The notes under the pieces were generated by a model. That model worked only from the letters and a program-made list of their open reading frames with translations, made no database searches and had not been told where the DNA came from. From the NCBI GenBank assembly GCA_964397315.1, contig CAYNHV010000013.1, positions 1-34,595 on the forward strand: a DNA stretch of 34,595 nucleotides, read 5' to 3'. The position numbers were made by a program, and so were the translations under genes. Source of the DNA: an uncultured Methanosarcinales archaeon (GTDB lineage Archaea > Nanobdellota > Nanobdellia > Woesearchaeales > UBA12501). Numbering within the stretch: the stretch's first letter is position 1; every line of letters starts with the position of its first letter. Positions 27,510 through 34,595 of this stretch are shown in pieces.

Positions 27510-28355
27510 ATGAGAATAATGCTTGCAAAAAACATGGGAATGTGCTTCGGCGTAAAAAGAGCTCTTGAGATTGCAGAAAGGGCTCTGGAAAGGAACAAAG
27601 GGAAAAAAATCCACACCTATGGTCCATTGGTACACAACAAAGAGGTTATAAGTGGGCTTGAAAAAAAGGGTGCAAAGATTGCAGGCTCTGTTGGTGATGT
27701 TGAAAAGGGTGCTGTTCTTATAATAAGGGCCCATGGGGTATCTGACAAGGATATAGGAAAGGCAAAGGAAAAGGGAATTGAGGTTGTAGATGCGACATGC
27801 CCTTTTGTTGCAAAAGCAAAACAGGCTGCACAAGACATGGAAAAAGAAGACTTTAAGGTTGTTATCTTGGGTCAAAAAGAGCATCCAGAGGTTATAGGCA
27901 TTGCAGAGAGCCTTTCTGATCCGGTCATAGTAACAGATGCAGAAGATGTTAAGAATCTTGCAGGCAATAAGGAGTGTAATAAACTTGGTCTTATCTCCCA
28001 GACGACCCAGTCCGAGAAAGTATTCAATGATGTTGTTAAAGAATTTAAAAAACTGGACAATGGTGCAAGGATAGAAAAAACAATCTGCAGTGCAACATCA
28101 GAAAGGCAGGAATCTGCAAAAGAGACAGCTAAAAAATCTGATATCATGATTGTTGTTGGTGGTAAAAACTCTGCAAACACAAAAAAGCTCGTGGAAATCT
28201 GCTCAGGAATAACTGAAACAAAACATATTGAGAATGTATCTGGACTGGAAAAAGCATGGTTTGATGGAAAAGAGGCTGTTGGTATAACAGCTGGCGCCTC
28301 AACACCTGGCTGGATAATTGACGATGTTGTCAGGACTATTGAAAAGACACAGTAA
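27510..28355 (+). CDS. ispH: 4-hydroxy-3-methylbut-2-enyl diphosphate reductase
   Basis: GMCFGVKRA, GPLVHN, IRAHGV, DATCPFV, HPEV, SQTT, TICSAT..RQ, VGGKNSANT, GITAGASTP. Confidence 0.97.
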   Translation: MRIMLAKNMGMCFGVKRALEIAERALERNKGKKIHTYGPLVHNKEVISGLEKKGAKIAGSVGDVEKGAVLIIRAHGVSDKDIGKAKEKGIEVVDATCPFVAKAKQAAQDMEKEDFKVVILGQKEHPEVIGIAESLSDPVIVTDAEDVKNLAGNKECNKLGLISQTTQSEKVFNDVVKEFKKLDNGARIEKTICSATSERQESAKETAKKSDIMIVVGGKNSANTKKLVEICSGITETKHIENVSGLEKAWFDGKEAVGITAGASTPGWIIDDVVRTIEKTQ

Positions 28356-28389
28356 ATGCAGATATAATTGATATGGGGCACTCATTAAC

Positions 28390-29094
28390 ATGGAAATCCT
28401 AAAAGGCATCAACATAATCGACCTTGGCCTGCAGATCGGAGAAACACTAATCATCGCAGACCTTCACATAGGTTACGAGGAGGCTCTCAACAAGCAGGGA
28501 GTGATGGTTCCCAGGTTCCAGCTTGAGGATGTTCTGGCCAGGCTGGATAAGATCATAAAAAAGGCAAACCCCAAGACAATAGTGGTCAATGGCGACATCA
28601 AGCACGAGTTCGGAAGGATATCTGAGCAGGAGTGGAGGGAGACACTCCGGGTTATTGATTTCCTTCTGGAAAGATCAAAAAAGCTTGTTCTGGTGAAAGG
28701 CAATCATGACACTGTCCTGGGGCCCATAGCAGAGAAGAGGGGTGTTGAGGTAAGGGAAGAGTATGAAATAAGGGAAAAGGGGGTTCTCATAATACACGGC
28801 CACAAAATGGTCAGCATTCCTGCGCGTGTAAAGACAATAATAATAGGCCATGAGCACCCTGCTGTCTCTTTGAGGGATGGCGCCAGGGCAGAGACCTTCA
28901 AGTGCTTTCTCAGGGGGAAGTATGACCGAAAGAACCTGATAGCCATGCCCTCCTTCAACCTGGTTGCAGAGGGCACAGACGCGCTCAAGGAAGAGCTTCT
29001 CAGCCCCTTTCTCCAGCAGGATATCACCTGCTTTGAGGTGTTTGTGATAAGCGACAGGGCATATGATTTCGGAAAGCTCAGGAACCTGCTTTAA
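28390..29094 (+). CDS. Calcineurin-like metallophosphoesterase (Lhr-associated MPE type)
   Basis: ADLHIG, NGDIKH, KGNHD, IHGH, GHEHPA, MPSFN. Confidence 0.92.
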   Translation: MEILKGINIIDLGLQIGETLIIADLHIGYEEALNKQGVMVPRFQLEDVLARLDKIIKKANPKTIVVNGDIKHEFGRISEQEWRETLRVIDFLLERSKKLVLVKGNHDTVLGPIAEKRGVEVREEYEIREKGVLIIHGHKMVSIPARVKTIIIGHEHPAVSLRDGARAETFKCFLRGKYDRKNLIAMPSFNLVAEGTDALKEELLSPFLQQDITCFEVFVISDRAYDFGKLRNLL

Positions 29095-29150
29095 CACAAC
29101 ACTTTGATGCGACAGAAAGACTTATTAACCACTCTTTCTGAATGGGTTCT

Positions 29151-29579
29151 ATGGGTTACAGGATTCTGATGGTTGAGAAGACTGAAGAGGAGTATGAGGG
29201 AGACCATTCAGCGCTTGAATCCTATGCTGAGACAATGTCCGACATTCTCAGAGTCAAGGGAGGCCACCACGTGAGTGTTTGCTGGGGGCTGGAGAACATC
29301 ACTGAAGATGCATACAGCTCTTTTGACTGTGTTCTTATCCACCCCACAAGCGAGCAGGCCAGAAGGCTGAAAGAATTAAGGGAAAGGTATCCTGGGGTTG
29401 GCTGTGTCCTGACTCCGGGCTCTGACGCGTCCCACAATTTTGGATGCGACGGGAGGGACATACATGGAACATACATGGTGTCAAAGCCTTACAAGCTGGC
29501 TAAACTAATGGAAACCATTGATTCTGCAGTTTCAGAGGCAAGAGAGCGCGGAGAAGAGAGAAGAAATAATGCTGGGTAA
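29151..29579 (+). CDS. Degenerate receiver-like domain protein
   Basis: RILMVE...FDCVLIH...VLT...SKPY receiver layout without the phospho-Asp. ATG 29151 lies 23 nt after CTTATTAA. Confidence 0.6.
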   Translation: MGYRILMVEKTEEEYEGDHSALESYAETMSDILRVKGGHHVSVCWGLENITEDAYSSFDCVLIHPTSEQARRLKELRERYPGVGCVLTPGSDASHNFGCDGRDIHGTYMVSKPYKLAKLMETIDSAVSEARERGEERRNNAG

Positions 29580-29595
29580 GAAGATTTAGTTTTTT

Positions 29596-29955
29596 TTATT
29601 CCAGGGTGACGCACTGGTAATTTGTGAACCTGCATCCTGTCACCCCATACACCTCTCTGCAGTTTATGGCGCAGGTGGCTTTCCTTGCTGTAAGCGGAAC
29701 ATTCTTTACAGGATAACAGTTGCAGTCGCACGGGCTCAGGAAACACTTGTCATCCCCTGATGGTGTTATCTCAAGGCTTTTCAGGGAGTCCCCGCCTGAG
29801 TCCCCACCTGATGCGGTTGTGTCTTCTGCAGGCGCGCTTCCAGAAGAGCCAGCGCTGCCTGTCTCCACTGTTTGTGTGTCCTCACTGCAGCCTGCAAGCA
29901 GAAGAATCGTAAGTGCCAGCGCTGAAAGCAAGGCAATCATTGTGTGGGTTTTCAT
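29596..29955 (-). CDS. Lipoprotein with Cys-rich C-terminal domain
   Basis: MKTHTM..LLLAGC lipobox, S/G/T linker, 8 C-terminal Cys. ATG 29955 lies 23 nt after TTTAAAAA. Confidence 0.75.
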   Translation of the reverse strand: MKTHTMIALLSALALTILLLAGCSEDTQTVETGSAGSSGSAPAEDTTASGGDSGGDSLKSLEITPSGDDKCFLSPCDCNCYPVKNVPLTARKATCAINCREVYGVTGCRFTNYQCVTLE

Positions 29956-29980
29956 AAGAACAAAAGAAACCTCTTTCTTT

Positions 29981-30142
29981 TTAAATATTGCCTTTCTTCC
30001 TGCTGAACATGAAATAAGCAATAAGCGCTATTGCTATTATGATAATCCAGAAGACAAGCTCTGAGCTCATTCCAATAGCAAACACAACCAAGTTTACAAT
30101 AAGGATTAGAATCAGCACAACAGCAAGAGTCTTTTTTCTCAT
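29981..30142 (-). CDS. Small two-TM membrane protein, 53 aa (not in ORF track)
   Basis: MRKKTLAVVLILILIVNLVVFAIGMSSELVFWIIIIAIALIAYFMFSRKKGNI; ATGA overlap with the upstream Zn-ribbon gene. Confidence 0.7.
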   Translation of the reverse strand: MRKKTLAVVLILILIVNLVVFAIGMSSELVFWIIIIAIALIAYFMFSRKKGNI

Positions 30143-30288
30143 TTAGCTTTTCCCAAGATCCTGCTTACTTTTGTTCCGCAGTGAGGGCAGACCCCTTTTA
30201 TTGCCTTCAGGTTGTTCTTCAGCACAACCTCCTCAGGGTCCTTTATCTCCACCTGCTTCCTGCATTTCATGCATCTTGCCTGCGGCAT
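30139..30288 (-). CDS. DUF5679-like small basic zinc-ribbon protein, 49 aa (not in ORF track)
   Basis: MPQARCMKCRKQVEIKDPEEVVLKNNLKAIKGVCPHCGTKVSRILGKAK; SD AAGGTGG upstream. Confidence 0.85.
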   Translation of the reverse strand: MPQARCMKCRKQVEIKDPEEVVLKNNLKAIKGVCPHCGTKVSRILGKAK

Positions 30289-30312
30289 CCATACCACCTT
30301 TTGGTTTATATA

Positions 30313-30350
30313 CTGTTTAATATATGCTGTTTAATATATATTAATATATA
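30313..30350. repeat. AT-rich tandem repeat in the promoter region of the Zn-ribbon gene
   Basis: CTGTTTAATATAT at 30313 and 30327, plus a third TTAATATATA at 30341. Confidence 0.5.
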
Positions 30351-30397
30351 AATTTATTGGAAAAAACAGCCCTCAAAACAACAGAAATCCTACAGAA

Positions 30398-30625
30398 TCA
30401 GTAGCCCTCAATTATCCTGGAGTATCTCTTTTTCCTCTCCTGCTCTGCCTTTTCCCGCCTTAACTGCTCCATTTGCCTTCTCTCTATATACGAGCCAAGC
30501 TCCTCAGAGCACTCCCTGCAAAACACCTTTTTTCCCATGGACTTGCCTATATCAAGCTTGCATATCTGCCTCCCGCACCACTGGCAGCTTCCCACCACCT
30601 GCCTGTTGTGTTCCTTGCAATACAT
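30398..30625 (-). CDS. B-box-like zinc-finger protein
   Basis: MYCKEH...CQWCGRQICKLD...FCREC then a charged helix. ATG 30625 lies 23 nt after TTTATATA. Confidence 0.8.
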   Translation of the reverse strand: MYCKEHNRQVVGSCQWCGRQICKLDIGKSMGKKVFCRECSEELGSYIERRQMEQLRREKAEQERKKRYSRIIEGY

Positions 30626-30759
30626 ATGGTATGCTATGTCATGGAAGTATATAAATCTAGCGATGCTGGAAGAGCAATCTGCTTTATTTGACACCCTCAA
30701 CAGCCCAGCTCAGGAACATTTATATATGTGCAACACTATGCCCCTCATGAGGTGATAGT

Positions 30760-30909
30760 GTGGTAAAGAGAATAACCTCTATCAAGACTGCAAAGGCCGC
30801 TAACAAGGAGGTTAGCAGGCTCAAGAAGAAAATAAAAGCAGTCATGAAGAGGAAGGACGACCTGAAGAAAAAAAAGAAAAAGTCCAAGAAAAAGAAGAAG
30901 AAAAGATAA
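30760..30909 (+). CDS. Very basic small protein, 49 aa (26 Lys/Arg; not in ORF track)
   Basis: TATA TTTATATA 30719-30726, SD GAGGTGA, GTG start; MVKRITSIKTAKAANKEVSRLKKKIKAVMKRKDDLKKKKKKSKKKKKKR. Confidence 0.7.
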   Translation: MVKRITSIKTAKAANKEVSRLKKKIKAVMKRKDDLKKKKKKSKKKKKKR

Positions 30910-31051
30910 TAGTCCCGAATTATCTTACAGCCTTAAGCCAGCTTCTTCTAGGTATTGTTGTAACCCCATCCAGCCCCCTCCTTTGTATAGCATTGTACAA
31001 CCCCTCAACTTTTCAGAAGGTTAGGATTCTAGTGCGGCACTAAAGAAGAAA

Positions 31052-31795
31052 CTACTCATTCTCCACTCTCGGAGCGAGTATGAAGCTCAGGTTCAGCCTG
31101 TCAACAACCTTGTAATCAAGCTTCAGGGGATAATCCTTGTTGAAATGTATCATGACCTCAGAAGTCAGCTTTCCAGCCACAGCCATCTTCTTGAGGTACT
31201 CTATTGAGTATTTTGACTTCATGCTTTCCTTTGAGTGCATGGTTATCTTGGTGTCTTCGCTGTCCTTTATCTCAATCTTTGCCTTGCTCAGGTCCCCTTC
31301 TGCCTGGATTGTGAGCTTTGACTGCTCAGCCTTGAAGGAAACGCTCTCCCCTATTATGTCCACATCCTCCACAGCCTGCATCAGCGTCTCTGAGGTGGTT
31401 TTTATGCTTGCTCCGAAGTCCAGCTCAGGAACCTTCTGGTCCTTCTCCTCTATGTCAATTATCGGAAGATAGAAGGTTCTTGTTGTGTTTCCCTTGAATG
31501 TTATCTTTAGCTTGCTCTCCTCGGTCTCAAGGGTTATGGTGTCATTCTGCCCTGCTCTCTTGAGTATCTGCTTGAGGTTGCTGAGGTTTATGGCCACGTC
31601 AACAGGCTCTTTGACCTCGTACTCCACAAAAGAGCTTGAGAGAAGCTTGAATATGACCATTGCCACATTGGCAGGGTCCATTGCTATAAGCTCTATGGCC
31701 TCTGAGTTTATCCTGAACCGCGCTTCATTGACAAGCTCGGATATTATTGTGATGCTGTCCTTAAGGTATTTAGGCTCTGCCAGACTTAACTTCAT
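31052..31795 (-). CDS. pcn: DNA polymerase sliding clamp PCNA
   Basis: LIAMDPANVAMV, KYSIEYLKKM, KDYPLKLDY, FILAPRVE. Confidence 0.97.
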   Translation of the reverse strand: MKLSLAEPKYLKDSITIISELVNEARFRINSEAIELIAMDPANVAMVIFKLLSSSFVEYEVKEPVDVAINLSNLKQILKRAGQNDTITLETEESKLKITFKGNTTRTFYLPIIDIEEKDQKVPELDFGASIKTTSETLMQAVEDVDIIGESVSFKAEQSKLTIQAEGDLSKAKIEIKDSEDTKITMHSKESMKSKYSIEYLKKMAVAGKLTSEVMIHFNKDYPLKLDYKVVDRLNLSFILAPRVENE

Positions 31796-31833
31796 TATCA
31801 AACCCCCTTGTTGCTGTAAAATGTCACTGGTAT

Positions 31834-33180
31834 TTAAAGTTTTTGCGCTCCCAGCTTTATCCTCCCTCCATCCTCTGCAAGGATAACGCCTTTTCCGAGC
31901 TTGTAGCCCATCTCCCTGGCCAGGTCAGCCATTGCAGCAGCCATCTTCATCTCGCAGTGGGCGGGGATTATTGTCCTGGGCTTGAGCATCTCAATCAGGT
32001 CTCTCTGGTCCTCTCTTGCGCAGTGGCCTGAGACATGAATGTCCCTGAATATCCTCACTCCCTTGTCCTTGAGCCTGCTCTCAAGCTGCTCCCTGTTGGC
32101 TTCATTAAGCTCATTGGGTATGATCTTGCATGAGAATATGACCTGGTCTCCTGCCTCAAGCCTGAACTTGTACTCATTGTTCACTATCCTTGAAAGGACT
32201 GCCTTTGGCTCTCCCTGGTGGCCTGTGACAACCACAACATACTTGTCTTTTTTCTTGGCTATTCTGTTGAGGTGTTTCTTTATCTTGTCCCTGAACCCCA
32301 CTATCTTTGCGTCTTTTGAGAATTCAACAATATTCACCTTCTCCCCTGCGTTCACGTACTTCCTGAGGGATCTTCCCAGGAGGAGCACTTTCCTGTCCAT
32401 CCTTCTTCCGAATTCTATTATTGACTTCAGCCTTGCAAGGTGGGATGAGAATGTTGTGACAACAACAGCCTTGCCTTTTGAGTTTGTGCCAAGCATGACA
32501 TCCTTCAGCATCTCTTTTGCCACGCTTTCTGATGGCGTCTTCTTTGCTGACTGGGAGTATATGGAATCCACGATCAGGCACAACACACCCTCTTTTCCCA
32601 GCTCCTTTAATCTGCTGAAGTTGGGTTTCTTTCCCACAACAGGGTGGCGGTCAAACTTGAAATCGTTGGCATAAACTATTGTGCCGTATTTTGTGTGCAG
32701 GGCGATCATTGTGGTCTGCGGCGTGGAATGCGTTATGTTTATGAACTCCGCTGTTATGCTCTCTGAAACCTTATAGGATGCATTTGGGTTGACTGACTTT
32801 ATCTCGTTCCTCAGCTTTATCTTCTCATCAGAGAGTATTGTCTCAAGCACAGCCTTTGCAAAAGGAGGGCAAATTATGGGGGCGTCAAACTTGTTTGAGA
32901 TAAAGGGGATGGCGCCTATATGATCCAGGTGCGCGTGCGTTGACAGGACAGCCTTTGTCATGGGTATCCAGTCCCTTATTGATGACAGGTCAGGCACAGC
33001 GCCTATCTCTGTTAGCTTTTTCTGGCTGAAATCATACACATCCTCATCCTCTGTGTAGGCTATGTAGGATTCAAGGTGGAGGCCCATGTCAATGACCACC
33101 ACCTCATCATCAACCCTGATGGCTGTGCAGTTCTTTCCAACCTCATTGTAACCGCCTACTGTGCATATCTCCAGTGTCAT
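31834..33180 (-). CDS. rnj: Ribonuclease J (beta-CASP metallo-beta-lactamase)
   Basis: GGYNEVGKN, DMG, THAHLDHIG, THSTP, DFKFD, TTFSSH..R, TGHQGEP, HVSGH, IPAH. Confidence 0.95.
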   Translation of the reverse strand: MTLEICTVGGYNEVGKNCTAIRVDDEVVVIDMGLHLESYIAYTEDEDVYDFSQKKLTEIGAVPDLSSIRDWIPMTKAVLSTHAHLDHIGAIPFISNKFDAPIICPPFAKAVLETILSDEKIKLRNEIKSVNPNASYKVSESITAEFINITHSTPQTTMIALHTKYGTIVYANDFKFDRHPVVGKKPNFSRLKELGKEGVLCLIVDSIYSQSAKKTPSESVAKEMLKDVMLGTNSKGKAVVVTTFSSHLARLKSIIEFGRRMDRKVLLLGRSLRKYVNAGEKVNIVEFSKDAKIVGFRDKIKKHLNRIAKKKDKYVVVVTGHQGEPKAVLSRIVNNEYKFRLEAGDQVIFSCKIIPNELNEANREQLESRLKDKGVRIFRDIHVSGHCAREDQRDLIEMLKPRTIIPAHCEMKMAAAMADLAREMGYKLGKGVILAEDGGRIKLGAQKL

Positions 33181-33228
33181 GATGCCTGATCAGCAGGGTT
33201 ATTTTATAAAGGTTTCTTTACTTTTAAT

Positions 33229-33354
33229 AAGCCGGAAGCTCCTCACATAGTGTGGGGGTGAAGGCTTTTTAAAGTTCCAAAAATCCGCCTGTCAAAAACG
33301 CTGCTTAAAGCCATGGGCTAAAGCCCAGGGATAGCCACGGGCTGCGGATTTTTG
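33229..33354. repeat. Cluster of palindromes (REP-like or IS200/IS605-end-like relic)
   Basis: Hairpin GAAGCTCCTCAC-ATA-GTGTGGGG; perfect 11-bp inverted repeat CAAAAATCCGC (33278-33288) / GCGGATTTTTG (33344-33354) enclosing TGGGCT-AA-AGCCCA and AGCC-ACG-GGCT. Confidence 0.6.
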
Positions 33355-33394
33355 TTACAATACCTTTAAATAACCCTCCAATTCCCCTCTCGTG

Positions 33395-34312
33395 ATGAAG
33401 CACACACTCAGGGTCACGCTGCTCATTGTGGCGCTTTTCCTTGCAGCCCAGCTTGTCGGGCTGGCCACAGTGAACAAGCACATAGAGGTTTCCACAGAGC
33501 CTGACACAGGAAAGGTTGTGGTGGTGCATCCGGACACTGTCCTTGGCCCCCCTCCTGAAGTGGAGAACAAGTCAGGCTCATTCCTCATCATAGGCCTTCT
33601 TGTGCTGGTGGGGACTGCGCTCCTCCTGCTGATAATCAGGTACAGGGTCTACAGGGTGTGGAAGGCATGGTTTATCATTGCGGTGTGGGCCACAATGGCA
33701 GTCGCATTCGGCGTGTACATTGACTGGATTGTTGCTGCTGCACTGGCCCTCGGCCTGGCTCTCTGGAAGGTTTACAGGCCGAATGTTTTCATCTACAACC
33801 TTACCGAAGTGTTTGTGTATACTGGCATTGCAATACTCATACTTCCCATACTCAACCTCTTTGCCGCTTTCGGCCTCCTTATTCTCATATCCCTTTATGA
33901 TATGTATGCTGTGTGGCATTCAAAGCACATGGTCAGGATGGCCCAGTTCCAGACCCAGACAAAGGTGTTTGCGGGGCTTCTGGTGCCTTACAGCAACAGC
34001 AGCAAGGGGAAAAAGGCAGGCAGGGGAAAGAAAAAGAGCTGGATTAAGGCAAAGTCAAGAAGCGCAATACTTGGAGGAGGGGACATAGCGTTCCCCCTGT
34101 TATTCTCTGCTGCAGTGATGGAGCATTTCATAACATCAGGGGGTTTCTCAAAAGCAGCTGCAATGGGCGCGGCAGGAATAATCTCAGCTACTGCTGCTGC
34201 ATCTCTCTTTTTGCTCCTGGCAAAGGCTGAGGACAAGAAGTTCTACCCTGCAATGCCCTTCCTCAGCATGGGGTGCTTTGCAGGCTATCTCATCACATTC
34301 CTGATATTCTAG
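33395..34312 (+). CDS. Presenilin/signal-peptide-peptidase family intramembrane aspartyl protease
   Basis: About 9 TM segments; SLYDMYAVW (YD), ILGGGD (GxGD), YPAMPFL (PAL-like). Confidence 0.93.
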   Translation: MKHTLRVTLLIVALFLAAQLVGLATVNKHIEVSTEPDTGKVVVVHPDTVLGPPPEVENKSGSFLIIGLLVLVGTALLLLIIRYRVYRVWKAWFIIAVWATMAVAFGVYIDWIVAAALALGLALWKVYRPNVFIYNLTEVFVYTGIAILILPILNLFAAFGLLILISLYDMYAVWHSKHMVRMAQFQTQTKVFAGLLVPYSNSSKGKKAGRGKKKSWIKAKSRSAILGGGDIAFPLLFSAAVMEHFITSGGFSKAAAMGAAGIISATAAASLFLLLAKAEDKKFYPAMPFLSMGCFAGYLITFLIF

Positions 34313-34324
34313 GCATAAGCCCTT

Positions 34325-34507
34325 TCACTTCTTCTTTTTTCTGGAGCCTGTTCCGGCGTGAGCCTTCACTATGATCCAAAGGCCCACAACAAGGAAAACA
34401 ATAGTCCAGGGAGAGATGTTCCAGAACATCCACACTCCCAGGTCCTTGAGCAGCAGAAGCACGCCAAGAACCAGGATGGCCCATCCAAAACCTGTTTTAC
34501 CGCACAG
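34325..34507 (-). CDS. Small two-TM membrane protein (DUF5668/LiaF-TM-like) with no canonical start codon
   Basis: Frame reads CGKTGFGWAILVLGVLLLLKDLGVWMFWNISPWTIVFLVVGLWIIVKAHAGTGSRKKKK; preceded by ATT-CTG and SD-like GAGGCGG. Confidence 0.6.
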   Translation of the reverse strand: MCGKTGFGWAILVLGVLLLLKDLGVWMFWNISPWTIVFLVVGLWIIVKAHAGTGSRKKKK

Positions 34508-34560
34508 AATACCGCCTCAGCAGGTGTAGAAGAGCCTCCATTTTATATGTCAGAAATATA

Positions 34561-34583
34561 CCACTGGTTTATTTAACCAGTGG
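34561..34583. promoter_or_regulatory. Perfect 9-bp inverted repeat around an AT-rich core (operator-like)
   Basis: CCACTGGTT-TATTT-AACCAGTGG, overlapping a minus-strand TTAAATAA. Confidence 0.45.
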
Positions 34584-34595
34584 ACAAAGTCCACA

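Noticed and set aside
30301..30360. AT-rich repeats as a possible CRISPR array or replication origin
   Set aside because: Only 2-3 short units with no spacers, no ORB-like motif and no cas or cdc6 gene nearby.
30925..31042. 22-codon minus-strand ORF (MLYKGGGWMGLQQYLEEAGLRL) with SD-like G runs, and a TAGTGC-G-GCACTA palindrome after pcn
   Set aside because: Too short to support as a gene; the palindrome may simply belong to the pcn terminator region.
34293..34576. ORF-track entries 34293..34484 (-) and 34358..34576 (+)
   Set aside because: A different minus-strand frame (34325-34507) gives a far more protein-like two-TM sequence.

Overview
Archaeal chromosomal window. PCNA, RNase J, Lhr helicase, TrmB, a KaiC-like ATPase, a presenilin homologue and TATA-box promoters identify it as archaeal. 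The added bacterial-type nrdR and MEP-pathway genes ispG/ispH suggest a DPANN Woesearchaeota-like organism (inference). In order: (1) an nrdR-nrdD-redoxin-nrdG operon with two NrdR boxes, 31 bp apart, under an archaeal TATA box; (2) a surface protein, a 5-PAS histidine kinase and a response regulator; (3) an unlisted RHH gene coupled to a 963-aa surface protein; (4) a three-gene minus-strand cluster that looks like an undescribed non-type-IV surface fibre or WxL-like system (small subunit, large adhesin ending in a copy of the subunit, membrane-anchored Ig-fold partner); (5) a divergent AbrB-like/KaiC/V4R module; (6) GNAT, TrmB and receiver genes; (7) a truncated LAGLIDADG endonuclease abutting an lhr gene with an AT-rich 5' end; (8) ispG-methyltransferase-ispH between lhr and a metallophosphoesterase; (9) several small unlisted ORFs; (10) PCNA, RNase J, a REP-like palindrome cluster and presenilin. 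No rRNA, tRNA or CRISPR array was seen. All family calls come from motif recognition by eye, not database searches.
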